64,000 nucleotides of DNA from positions 59,043-123,042 of the forward strand of contig JBAOHF010000036.1 in the NCBI GenBank assembly GCA_037046605.1, written 5' to 3'. The first letter of the stretch is position 1. Each line of letters starts with the position of its first letter. Below, in pieces: positions 32,475 through 41,098 of the stretch. The notes under the pieces are model-generated. The model saw nothing but the letters and a program-made list of their open reading frames with translations. It was not told where the DNA came from and searched no databases. The position numbers and the translations under genes were made by a program. The stretch is from Nocardioides sp. (lineage in GTDB: Bacteria; Actinomycetota; Actinomycetes; Propionibacteriales; Nocardioidaceae).

Positions 32475-33746
32475 CAGCGGCTCCCGAAGTAGTGCCGCAC
32501 GTAACCCAAGCCATCCACGAGAGCGTCGATCTCGCTGGGTGTGGTGTAGAGGTAGGACGACATCCGGGTTGAGGCCTGAACGCCGAACCTGGCATGCGCC
32601 GGCTTGGCGCAGTGATGACCGGCCCGCACCGCGATCCCGCGCGAGTCCAGAACCTGGGCGACGTCATGGGGATGAATGTCGGCCAGGGTGAACGAGACCG
32701 CTCCGCCCCGCTCGGAGGCCCGAGCCGGTCCGAGGACGCGCAGCCCCGGCACCGTGGCAAGTCCCTCGAGTGCGTAGCCGGTGATCGCCTGCTCGTGGCC
32801 GTGCACGGCTTCCATGCCCAACTCGGCGAGATAGTCGACCGCCGCTCCCAGCCCGACAGCCTCGGCGATCGGGGGGGTCCCCGCTTCGAATCGATACGGA
32901 ATCGGCGCATAGGTCGACCCGGCCATGGTGACCGTCTCGATCATTTCGCCGCCACCGAGGAACGGCGGCAACGCCTCCAGCACCTCTCGGCGCCCCCACA
33001 GCACTCCGATTCCCGTGGGCCCGACCACCTTGTGGCCGGTGAAGGCGATCAAGTCGGCACCCGTCTCCGCCACCACGATCGGCAACTGCGGCGCCGCTTG
33101 GGACGCGTCCAGGACCATCAGCGCCCCCGCCGCCTTCGCCCGGCGCGAGATCTCGGCGACCGGATTCAGGGTGCCGAGAAAGTTGGAGACCCACGTCACC
33201 GAGACGACCTTGGTGCGCTCGTTGATCAGGTCAGGCTCGGCGTCCAGGTCGAGGTGGCCGGCATCGGTCAGCCCGAACCAACGCAACCGGGCGCCGGTGC
33301 GTTGAGCAAGCAGTTGCCACGGAACGATGTTGGAGTGGTGCTCCATCTCCGAGATGACGATTTCGTCGCCCGGCCCGATCTGCCACTCCCCCGGCCAAGC
33401 CAAGGTGTTCGCCACCAGGTTGAGCGCCTCGGAGGCGTTCTTGGTGAAGACCACCTCGGCGGGCGGCGCACCGATGAAGCGGGCGACCTTCGCCCGCCCG
33501 TCCTCGAAGGCGGCCGAGGCCTCGGCCCCCAAGCGTGTGCATCGCCCGAGCGACGTTGGCGTTGTGGTGCTCCAGGTGGTCGACCATGGCGTCGATCACC
33601 ACCTGCGGCTTCTGGGAGGTGTTCGCCGAGTCCAAATACACCAGGGGTACGCCGCCGGGCAGGGTGCGCTGGAGGATCGGGAAGTCCTGACGCACCACGT
33701 CCAGTGCGGGCAGCAGCCCGGGGAGACAAGTCCCGGGGAGTGTCAT
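32474..33746 (-). CDS. sufS: Cysteine desulfurase SufS (one extra G in a homopolymer at about 33526-33530)
   Basis: YLDSANTSQKP in the 5' frame; EHHSNIVPWQ, DASQ, TGHK, EAGTP and RAGHHCA in the 3' frame. Confidence 0.92.
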
Positions 33747-33772
33747 CGTGGTCTCGATCGGGTCGCGCGAGC

Positions 33773-34531
33773 TCAGACGGCCGCGCCGACGTACTTCTCG
33801 TAACCTTCGGCCTCGAGCCGATCGGCAAGCTCGGGCCCGCCCTGGTCGGCGATGGCGCCGTTGACGAAGACGTGCACGAAGTCGGGCTTGATGTAGCGCA
33901 GGATCCGCGTGTAGTGAGTGATCAGCAGCACGCCCTTGTCGCCGTTCTCCGCGAACCGGTTGACGCCTTCGGAAACCACCTTGAGCGCGTCGATGTCCAA
34001 CCCGGAGTCGGTCTCGTCGAGAACCGCGACCTTCGGGTCAAGTAGTTCGAGCTGGGCGATCTCGTGGCGCTTCTTCTCACCGCCGGAGAAGCCTTCGTTG
34101 ACGTTGCGCTGGCTGAACGTGGCATCCAGGCCGGCCCGTCCCAGAGCGCCGTTGACGTCCTTGACCCAGGTGCGCAGCTTGGGCGCCTCACCGTCGATGG
34201 CGGTCTTCGCGGTACGCAGGAAGTTGGCCACCGAGACGCCCGGGACCTCCACGGGGTACTGCATGGCCAGGAAGAGCCCCGCGCGGGCTCGTTCGTCGAC
34301 CGACATCTCCAAGACGTTCTCGCCGTCGAGCAGGACCTCGCCACCGGTGATGGTGTACTTCGGGTGACCGGCGATGGAGTAGGCCAAGGTGGACTTGCCC
34401 GAGCCGTTCGGGCCCATGATCGCGTGCACCTCGCCGGACCGGATGGTCAAGGTGACGCCCTTGAGGATCTGCTTGGGGCCGTCTTCGGTGTCGACCGAAA
34501 CCTGCAGGTCCGTGATTTCCAGAGTGCTCAT
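33773..34531 (-). CDS. sufC: Fe-S assembly ATPase SufC
   Basis: MGPNGSGKST, FLAMQYP, NEGFSGGEKKR, LDETDSGLD, ITHY. Confidence 0.96.
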   Translation of the reverse strand: MSTLEITDLQVSVDTEDGPKQILKGVTLTIRSGEVHAIMGPNGSGKSTLAYSIAGHPKYTITGGEVLLDGENVLEMSVDERARAGLFLAMQYPVEVPGVSVANFLRTAKTAIDGEAPKLRTWVKDVNGALGRAGLDATFSQRNVNEGFSGGEKKRHEIAQLELLDPKVAVLDETDSGLDIDALKVVSEGVNRFAENGDKGVLLITHYTRILRYIKPDFVHVFVNGAIADQGGPELADRLEAEGYEKYVGAAV

Positions 34532-34581
34532 CGGTGTCGCTTCCTTCGTGTGTTCAGGTTCGAGAGTTCGGTGGGGTTCGT

Positions 34582-34929
34582 TCAGGCAGGCGTCACGCCG
34601 TTGAGCACGGCGTCCACGTCCACGTAGACATCGGCGCCGCGGACCTCGACGGCGAAAGTGGCCACCGGTTCGGTGGCCGGGAGGATGGTCGGCTTGCCGG
34701 TGCGGAGATCGAAGGTCGACCCGTGCAGCCAGCACTCCATGAAGCACCCGCTCGCATCGACGGTCACTTCGCCTTCGGAGAGGGCCACGGAGGCATGGCT
34801 GCAGAGATCCTGAATCGCGAAGACCTCGTCGCCGTCGCGGACCAGCGCCACCTGGAGGGGCCCGCAGTCGACCGCCTTGGCTTCGTCGACCGCAATCTCG
34901 TCGAGGGAGCAGACGCGCTCAAAGGCCAT
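34582..34929 (-). CDS. Rieske-type ferredoxin of the suf operon
   Basis: CSH...CWLHGS motif. Confidence 0.9.
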   Translation of the reverse strand: MAFERVCSLDEIAVDEAKAVDCGPLQVALVRDGDEVFAIQDLCSHASVALSEGEVTVDASGCFMECWLHGSTFDLRTGKPTILPATEPVATFAVEVRGADVYVDVDAVLNGVTPA

Positions 34930-36101
34930 CAGAGGGACTTCCCGGTCACGCTCTTGGCGAGCTCAGCTTCCACCGTGGCAACCAGGTCCTCCTCGATCGA
35001 GGGGACTCCGACCTTGCGGATCAGGTCGTTGAAGAAGCCGTGCACGACCAGGCGTCGGGCTTCCTGCTCATCGATCCCACGGCTGCGGAGGTAGAACAGC
35101 TGGTTGTCGTCGAAGCGACCCGTGGCCGACGCGTGGCCGGCTCCCTCGATCTCGCCGGTCTCGATCTCCAGGTTCGGCACCGAATCGGCCTGACAACCGT
35201 CGGTCAGGACCAGGTTTCGGTTCTCCTCGTAGGTGTCGATGCCCTCGGCAACCTTGCGGATCAGCACGTTGCCGACCCACACGGTATGCGCCTTCTCGCC
35301 TTGGAGCGCGCCCTTGTAGACCACGTGACTACGCGTGCGCGGAGCGGTGTGGTCGGCGAACAGGCGGTGCTCGATGTGCTGGCCGGCGTCGGCGAAGTAG
35401 AGGCCGAGAAGCTCCGCGGAGCCTCCGGGTCCGGCGTACTCGACGTTGGCATGCATCCGCACCAGATCGCCACCGAAAGAGACCGAGGCGTGCTTGACGC
35501 TGGCGTCGCGGCCCACGCGAATGGCGTCGCGGCCGAGGTGAACCGCGTCGTCGTCCCAGTCCTGGATCGAGACCATGGTGAAGTCGGCGCCGTCGCCGAC
35601 CAGGACCGAGCTTGTGGTGCAGTAGCGGGCGGTCCCCTTGTGCTCGAGCACCAAGGTGGCGCGAGCATGCCGGCCGACCTTGATCATCACGTGACCCCAG
35701 ACCAAGCGCTCGGGATCGTCGCCGGTGAGGGTGATCCGAACCGGCTCATCGGAGGCGAATTCGTCGGGAATCTCGATCAGCCGGCAGCCACCGGCCAAGG
35801 CCACCGACAGGGCGGCCGGCCGCTCGTTGGGAGGCAACTCGCCGAGCTCGCGCGCCTGCTCGGCGGAGATGACCCGGCTGGTGACTCCCTCGGGGTAGGA
35901 CTCCGTCCATGCCAGCGAAGCATCCGACGGGACGCCGTCGAGGATCCCGCGCAGGCGGCGTATCGGGGTGAACCGCCATACCTCCTCGCGACCGGTGGGC
36001 ACCGGGTAGTCAGCGAGGTCGTAGCTAGGCGGCGGGTTGAGATGGGATTCGACCCGATCCATCTCCAGGGCATCGCGAACGCTGTCGAGCGTGGCGGTCA
36101 C
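34929..36101 (-). CDS. sufD: Fe-S assembly protein SufD
   Basis: EEVWRFTP, YKGAL, SVPNLEIE, AGHASATG, FYLRSRGI. Confidence 0.95.
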   Translation of the reverse strand: MTATLDSVRDALEMDRVESHLNPPPSYDLADYPVPTGREEVWRFTPIRRLRGILDGVPSDASLAWTESYPEGVTSRVISAEQARELGELPPNERPAALSVALAGGCRLIEIPDEFASDEPVRITLTGDDPERLVWGHVMIKVGRHARATLVLEHKGTARYCTTSSVLVGDGADFTMVSIQDWDDDAVHLGRDAIRVGRDASVKHASVSFGGDLVRMHANVEYAGPGGSAELLGLYFADAGQHIEHRLFADHTAPRTRSHVVYKGALQGEKAHTVWVGNVLIRKVAEGIDTYEENRNLVLTDGCQADSVPNLEIETGEIEGAGHASATGRFDDNQLFYLRSRGIDEQEARRLVVHGFFNDLIRKVGVPSIEEDLVATVEAELAKSVTGKSL

Positions 36102-36149
36102 AGGTGGTCCTTCCGATCGTGGATATCAGTGCGGTCCGGGTTGGCGGCG

Positions 36150-37568
36150 TCAGCCGACAGCGCCTTCCATCTGCAGCTCGATGAGTCGGTTGAGCTCGAG
36201 GGCGTACTCCATCGGCAACTCCTTGGCGATCGGCTCGACGAAACCGCGCACGATCATCGCCATCGCCTCGTCCTGCTCCATGCCTCGCGACATGAGGTAG
36301 AACAACTGGTCCTCGCTGACCTTCGAAACGCTGGCCTCGTGACCCATCGAGACGTCGTCCTCGCGGATGTCGACGTAGGGGTAGGTGTCCGAGCGGCTGA
36401 TCTGGTCGACCAACAGCGCGTCACACAAGACGTTGGACTTCGAGCCGTGGGCACCTTCGTTGATCTGGATCAACCCGCGGTACGACGTCCGTCCGCCGCC
36501 GCGCGCCACCGACTTCGACAGAATCGAGGAGGAGGTGTTGGGGGCGGCGTGCACCATCTTCGCCCCGGCGTCTTGGTGTTGCCCCTCGCCGGCGAAGGCG
36601 ATGGACAAGGTCTCTCCCTTGGCGTGCTCGCCCATGAGGTAGACGGCGGGGTACTTCATGGTGACCTTGGAGCCGATGTTGCCGTCGACCCACTCCATGG
36701 TGGCGCCGGCTTCGCAGACCGCGCGCTTGGTCACCAGGTTGTAGACGTTGTTCGACCAGTTCTGGATGGTCGTGTAGCGGCAGCGGCCGCCCTTCTTGAT
36801 GATGATCTCCACCACCGCAGAGTGCAGCGAGTCGCTGGAGTAGATCGGCGCGGTGCAGCCTTCGACGTAGTGCACGTAGGCGTCCTCGTCGACGATGATC
36901 AGCGTCCGCTCGAACTGGCCCATGTTCTCGGTGTTGATCCGGAAGTAGGCCTGCAAGGGGATGTCCACGTGGACGCCCTTGGGCACGTAGATGAACGAGC
37001 CGCCCGACCACACCGAGGTGTTGAGCGCGGCGAACTTGTTGTCGCCTACCGGAATCACCGTGGCGAAGTACTCCTTGAAGAGCGCTTCATGCTCCTTGAG
37101 CGCGGTGTCGGTGTCGACGAAGATGACACCCTTCTCCTCCAAGTCTGCGCGGATGGAGTGATAGACGACCTCGGATTCGTACTGCGCGGCGACACCCGCG
37201 ACCAGCCGCTGCTTCTCCGCCTCCGGGATGCCCAGCCGGTCGTAGGTGTTCTTGATGTCCTCGGGCAGGTCTTCCCAGCTCTGGGCCTGCTTCTCCGAGG
37301 AACGAACGAAGTACTTGATGTTGTCGAAGTCGATGCCGGACAGGTCCGAGCCCCACGTGGGCATGGGCTTCTTGTCGAACAGCGCGAGGCCCTTGAGTCG
37401 CAGGTCGAGCATCCACTGCGGCTCGGACTTCTTCGACGAGATGTCGCGCACGACGTCCTGATTGAGGCCGCGCTTGGCCTCCGCTCCGGCATCGTCGGAG
37501 TCGCGCCAACCGAATTCGTAGCGGCCGATGTCCTTCAGTCCCGGGTTGAGCTCTTCGATCGAGGTCAT
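36150..37568 (-). CDS. sufB: Fe-S assembly protein SufB
   Basis: [47 protein letters not shown]. Confidence 0.97.
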   Translation of the reverse strand: MTSIEELNPGLKDIGRYEFGWRDSDDAGAEAKRGLNQDVVRDISSKKSEPQWMLDLRLKGLALFDKKPMPTWGSDLSGIDFDNIKYFVRSSEKQAQSWEDLPEDIKNTYDRLGIPEAEKQRLVAGVAAQYESEVVYHSIRADLEEKGVIFVDTDTALKEHEALFKEYFATVIPVGDNKFAALNTSVWSGGSFIYVPKGVHVDIPLQAYFRINTENMGQFERTLIIVDEDAYVHYVEGCTAPIYSSDSLHSAVVEIIIKKGGRCRYTTIQNWSNNVYNLVTKRAVCEAGATMEWVDGNIGSKVTMKYPAVYLMGEHAKGETLSIAFAGEGQHQDAGAKMVHAAPNTSSSILSKSVARGGGRTSYRGLIQINEGAHGSKSNVLCDALLVDQISRSDTYPYVDIREDDVSMGHEASVSKVSEDQLFYLMSRGMEQDEAMAMIVRGFVEPIAKELPMEYALELNRLIELQMEGAVG

Positions 37569-38269
37569 CGCTGGGTTTCCTTCCCCTGGGGTGGATGCGG
37601 GATGCAGGTGGTGCAGACGCCGTCGCCGTGGGCGATCGTCGCTAGTCGTTGAACGTGCGTGCCGAGGACCCGACTGATCGCCTCGGTTTCGGCTTCGCAG
37701 AGTTCGGGGAACTCGGCGGCCACGTGGGCCACCGGACAGTGCTGCTGGCACAACTGGTCCCCGACGATGGGCAGGTCGCGCACACTTGCGGCGTACCCGC
37801 CGGCGCTGAAGACGCGCGCCAGCGCCTGCGCGGGCGTCAGGCCCGGGTCGGCGGAGAGGACCTGGGCATAGTCGCGCTCGATGAACGCGACCCGGCGCCG
37901 GGCGAAGTCGACCACAGCGTCGTGCCCGACCGTTTCGGCCAGGAAGCGCAGCGCTTCCGCGGCGAGGTCGTCGTAGGCCGCATCGAAGCGGTCGCGGCCG
38001 GCATCGGTGAGCACGAACACCTTGGCCGGGCGACCTCGGCCGCGGTGGGCCGCGGCGGCTTCTCGGCTCGCGATCTCACCTTCGGCAGCGAGCTGGTCCA
38101 GGTGTCGTCGTACGGCGGCAGGGGTCAGCCCCAGACGCTCCCCGAGCGCGACCGCCGTGGACGGCCCGTGCTCCATGATCGACCGAACGACGCGAGCCCG
38201 GGTGGGCGCGTCATCACCCTCGACCGCGGCGCGCTGCGCCACCGTCGGAGCCTGGTCGATGATTTTCAC
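37565..38269 (-). CDS. sufR: SufR Fe-S-sensing repressor
   Basis: HTH AVRRHL, GRGRP, HCP...LCEAE...CTT cysteine ligands; first gene of the suf operon. Confidence 0.9.
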   Translation of the reverse strand: MKIIDQAPTVAQRAAVEGDDAPTRARVVRSIMEHGPSTAVALGERLGLTPAAVRRHLDQLAAEGEIASREAAAAHRGRGRPAKVFVLTDAGRDRFDAAYDDLAAEALRFLAETVGHDAVVDFARRRVAFIERDYAQVLSADPGLTPAQALARVFSAGGYAASVRDLPIVGDQLCQQHCPVAHVAAEFPELCEAETEAISRVLGTHVQRLATIAHGDGVCTTCIPHPPQGKETQR

Positions 38270-38282
38270 AACGCCATTGTGA
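38266..38282. promoter_or_regulatory. Putative SufR operator overlapping the sufR -10 and start codon
   Basis: Perfect TCACAA-N5-TTGTGA palindrome; the minus strand has a CACAAT -10 6 nt before the GTG. Confidence 0.65.
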
Positions 38283-38306
38283 CGTTATTGTCGAACCGCT
38301 TTCAAC

Positions 38307-38325
38307 TAAGGGTCCCCTTACCTGG
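38307..38325. promoter_or_regulatory. Candidate IdeR/DtxR iron box
   Basis: TAAGGGTCCCCTTACCTGG matches 14 of 19 positions of TWAGGTWAGSCTWACCTWA by manual comparison, and lies upstream of the suf operon. Confidence 0.5.
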
Positions 38326-38383
38326 CTCCCCTTACCTGGCTCCCCTTACCTGGCTCCCCTTACCTGGCTCCCCTTACCTGGCT
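38314..38383. repeat. Perfect 14-bp x5 tandem repeat (CCCCTTACCTGGCT)
   Basis: Five identical units read directly from the sequence. Confidence 0.97.
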
Positions 38384-38447
38384 GGGCCTGCATCTCGCGC
38401 GCGTACCGCGCTGAAGCCACGCCCGGCTCCCTCCATAGACTGCGGGG

Positions 38448-39173
38448 GTGGAGTTTCCGGAGGGCCCAGCGGTCGAGGTTCGCGACCTGACCATGAGGTA
38501 CGGCTCCAAAACCGCGGTCGACGGGCTCAGCCTCGATGTGCCTTCGGGAACCATCACCGCGGTCCTCGGGCCGAACGGTGCTGGCAAGACGACCACGTTG
38601 GAGACCTGCGAGGGCTATCGCCGACCCCAGGTAGGCAGCGTGCGCGTCTTGGGGCTCGACCCGTGGCGCGACCGTGCCGAGCTGATGCCGCGGATCGGGG
38701 TGGTCTTGCAGGGAAACGGCGCCTGGTCGGCCGCCCGAGCCGAAGAGATGCTGCGGCACTTGTCGCGCTTCTACGCCCACCCGCAACCGGTCCAGCTGCT
38801 GATGGACCGCCTCGGGCTGCACGAGTGCGGTCGCACGCCGTATCGCCGGCTGTCCGGTGGCCAGCAACAACGGCTCGGGCTCGCGATGGCGTTGGTCGGC
38901 CGCCCGGAGTTGGTCTTCGTCGACGAGCCCACGGCTGGTCTGGATCCACACGCCCGACGCGAGACCTGGGGGCTTCTTGAGGAACTGCGTGCCGACGGAG
39001 TGACGGTGGTGCTCACAACCCATTACCTGGAGGAGGCCGAGCACCTCGCCGATCTGGTCCATATCGTCGACCACGGTCGGCTGGTCCGCTCCGGAACTCC
39101 CGACGAACTCACCGATCGCGGCGCGCGCACCCTCGAAGACGTCTTCCTCGAACTCACCTCACCGGAGCACTGA
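38448..39173 (+). CDS. ABC transporter ATP-binding protein
   Basis: GPNGAGKT, LSGGQQQR, FVDEPTAGLD, TTH; TAGACT -10 6 nt before the GTG. Confidence 0.93.
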   Translation: MEFPEGPAVEVRDLTMRYGSKTAVDGLSLDVPSGTITAVLGPNGAGKTTTLETCEGYRRPQVGSVRVLGLDPWRDRAELMPRIGVVLQGNGAWSAARAEEMLRHLSRFYAHPQPVQLLMDRLGLHECGRTPYRRLSGGQQQRLGLAMALVGRPELVFVDEPTAGLDPHARRETWGLLEELRADGVTVVLTTHYLEEAEHLADLVHIVDHGRLVRSGTPDELTDRGARTLEDVFLELTSPEH

Positions 39174-39973
39174 TGAGCGATTCGATCTCCGCAAGACCCG
39201 ACTCGCCCGCCTGTTCGACCTTCGCACCGCGGCCCGCTGCGGCTCCCCTCGTTCAGCGAGTCCGAGCCCAGGCCGGCATGGAAGCCAAGCTCATGATGCG
39301 CAATGGTGAGCAGTTGCTCCTCGCGCTGGTGATCCCGCTTGTGATCCTCATCGGTGGCGTGCAGGGTGCCGCCCGGCTCGGCATCGACCTGGGTGGTCGC
39401 GCGGTCGATGTGCTGACGCCCGGGGTGCTCGCCCTCGCGGTGATGTCTACGGCTTTCACCTCTCTTGCCGTAGCCACCGGCTTCGAGCGCCGCTACGGCG
39501 TGATCAAGCGGTTGGGAGCAACACCGTTGGGTCGCGAAGGACTGCTGCTGGGCAAGATCACGGCTCTGCTGATGGTTCAGGCGCTGCAATTCGGCGTGAT
39601 CGGCGCGACCGGACTGGCTATGGGATGGCGGCCGGAGATCAGCGTGATCGGCTTGCTCGCGACCGTGGTCCTGGGCACCGGGGCGTTCGCCTCCTGGGGA
39701 CTGGCACTGGCGGGCACGCTCCGAGCGGAGGCCACCCTCGCTGCCGCGAATCTGATCTATCTGCTCCTCATGGCCGCAGGCGCCGTCGTACTCCCGACGT
39801 CCAGCTATGGCAGCTTCGGCACGGTGGCGGCATGGCTGCCCAGCGGAGCCCTCGGGGACGCGATGAGGGCTTCCCTCGGGGCCGGTGAAGTGCCGATCGC
39901 CGCTCTCGGCATACTGCTCGTGTGGGCACTGTGCGGCACCCTGATCACCCGTCGGACCTTCAAGTGGGACTGA
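39173..39973 (+). CDS. ABC-2 permease
   Basis: RNGEQLLL, TGFERRYGVIKRLGATP; about 6 TM segments. Confidence 0.9.
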   Translation: MSDSISARPDSPACSTFAPRPAAAPLVQRVRAQAGMEAKLMMRNGEQLLLALVIPLVILIGGVQGAARLGIDLGGRAVDVLTPGVLALAVMSTAFTSLAVATGFERRYGVIKRLGATPLGREGLLLGKITALLMVQALQFGVIGATGLAMGWRPEISVIGLLATVVLGTGAFASWGLALAGTLRAEATLAAANLIYLLLMAAGAVVLPTSSYGSFGTVAAWLPSGALGDAMRASLGAGEVPIAALGILLVWALCGTLITRRTFKWD

Positions 39974-40875
39974 ATCCTCCCCAGCCGACCGAATGGGGCA
40001 CGACCGCGGAACGGTGGATCAGCCGGGCGCGGATCTTCGGCTGGGCGACCCTGGTCTCCAACATCGCCTTGGTCGTGACCGGCGGCGCGGTTCGCTTGAC
40101 CGGTTCCGGGCTCGGCTGCCCGACCTGGCCGCGGTGCACCGAAGAGTCTTTCGCGCCGCACGGCGCACTGAGCGTCCACCAGGCCATCGAGTTCGGCAAC
40201 CGCACCCTCACCTTCGTGCTCACCGCGATCGCCGTGGCGACCCTGGTCTCGGCGTGGTTGACGCGGCGCCGAGACCTACGCCGGATCGCGATCCTTCTGG
40301 CCCTGGGGATTCCGGCCCAGGCGATCATCGGCGGCATTGTCGTGCTGACCGACCTCAACCCCTGGTTGGTGTCTTTTCATCTGCTCTGCTCGGGCTTGAT
40401 CATCGCCGGCGCAGTCGTGTTCCTCGTGCGCATCGACCACCCCGGGCGCTGGCAGGCCGGCCGGTGGACCACTTTGGTAGCACTGACGTACGCCACCTTG
40501 TGGAGCGTGATCTACGTCGGCACCGTCGTGACCGGCAGCGGACCGCACGCCGGGGACGCCGACGCGCGGCGAAACGGGTTGGATCCGCTGCAGTTGAGCC
40601 AACTTCACGCCGACGGGGTCTTCCTGCTGCTCGGCTTGACCGTGGCCCTCTTGCTGATCGCGCGCAACGACCATGCGGGCGCCGCGGATCTACAGGGTCC
40701 CGTGCGGATCCTCCTGGTCACCGAACTCCTGCAGGGCGTTCTAGGGTTCGTGCAGTACTTCACCGGACTGCCGGAGATCGTGGTGGGAGCCCATCTCTTC
40801 GGGGCCGCGGTGCTGGTCGCCGTCGGTACGTGGGTACTGGTGGCTTCCTTGCGCAAGAGCCCGGTCCCCGGCTGA
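39964..40875 (+). CDS. ctaA: Heme A synthase (COX15/CtaA family)
   Basis: GGAVRLTGSGLGCPTWPRC, EFGNR, conserved His residues, GSGPHAGD; start uncertain. Confidence 0.88.
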   Translation: MGLNPPQPTEWGTTAERWISRARIFGWATLVSNIALVVTGGAVRLTGSGLGCPTWPRCTEESFAPHGALSVHQAIEFGNRTLTFVLTAIAVATLVSAWLTRRRDLRRIAILLALGIPAQAIIGGIVVLTDLNPWLVSFHLLCSGLIIAGAVVFLVRIDHPGRWQAGRWTTLVALTYATLWSVIYVGTVVTGSGPHAGDADARRNGLDPLQLSQLHADGVFLLLGLTVALLLIARNDHAGAADLQGPVRILLVTELLQGVLGFVQYFTGLPEIVVGAHLFGAAVLVAVGTWVLVASLRKSPVPG

Positions 40876-40937
40876 CCTACCTTCACCGACTTGTTTCGAC
40901 TGATGCATCCGCCCGGCAGCCTTCGCCATGGGCGCAA

Positions 40938-40974
40938 ACACGGGTGCCTGAACCCCCGTCCCAGGCACCCGTGT
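40938..40974. terminator. Hairpin downstream of ctaA
   Basis: 13-bp perfect stem ACACGGGTGCCTG / CAGGCACCCGTGT with an 11-nt loop. Confidence 0.55.
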
Positions 40975-41098
40975 GTCACAGTCGACGCTCTTCGGTGGCG
41001 TGAGGTTGCGCTATTCGCCGAGGAGTTACCGAACCGAAATCTCGGCCCGCGGGCCGCTTGAGGTCGGTCGGCCGAAAGTGACCTGTCAGGATGCAGGC

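Noticed and set aside
38314-38383. Possible CRISPR array (also considered at 22646 and 31559)
   Set aside because: The units are 14-16 bp, directly adjacent and without spacers, and no cas genes are present.
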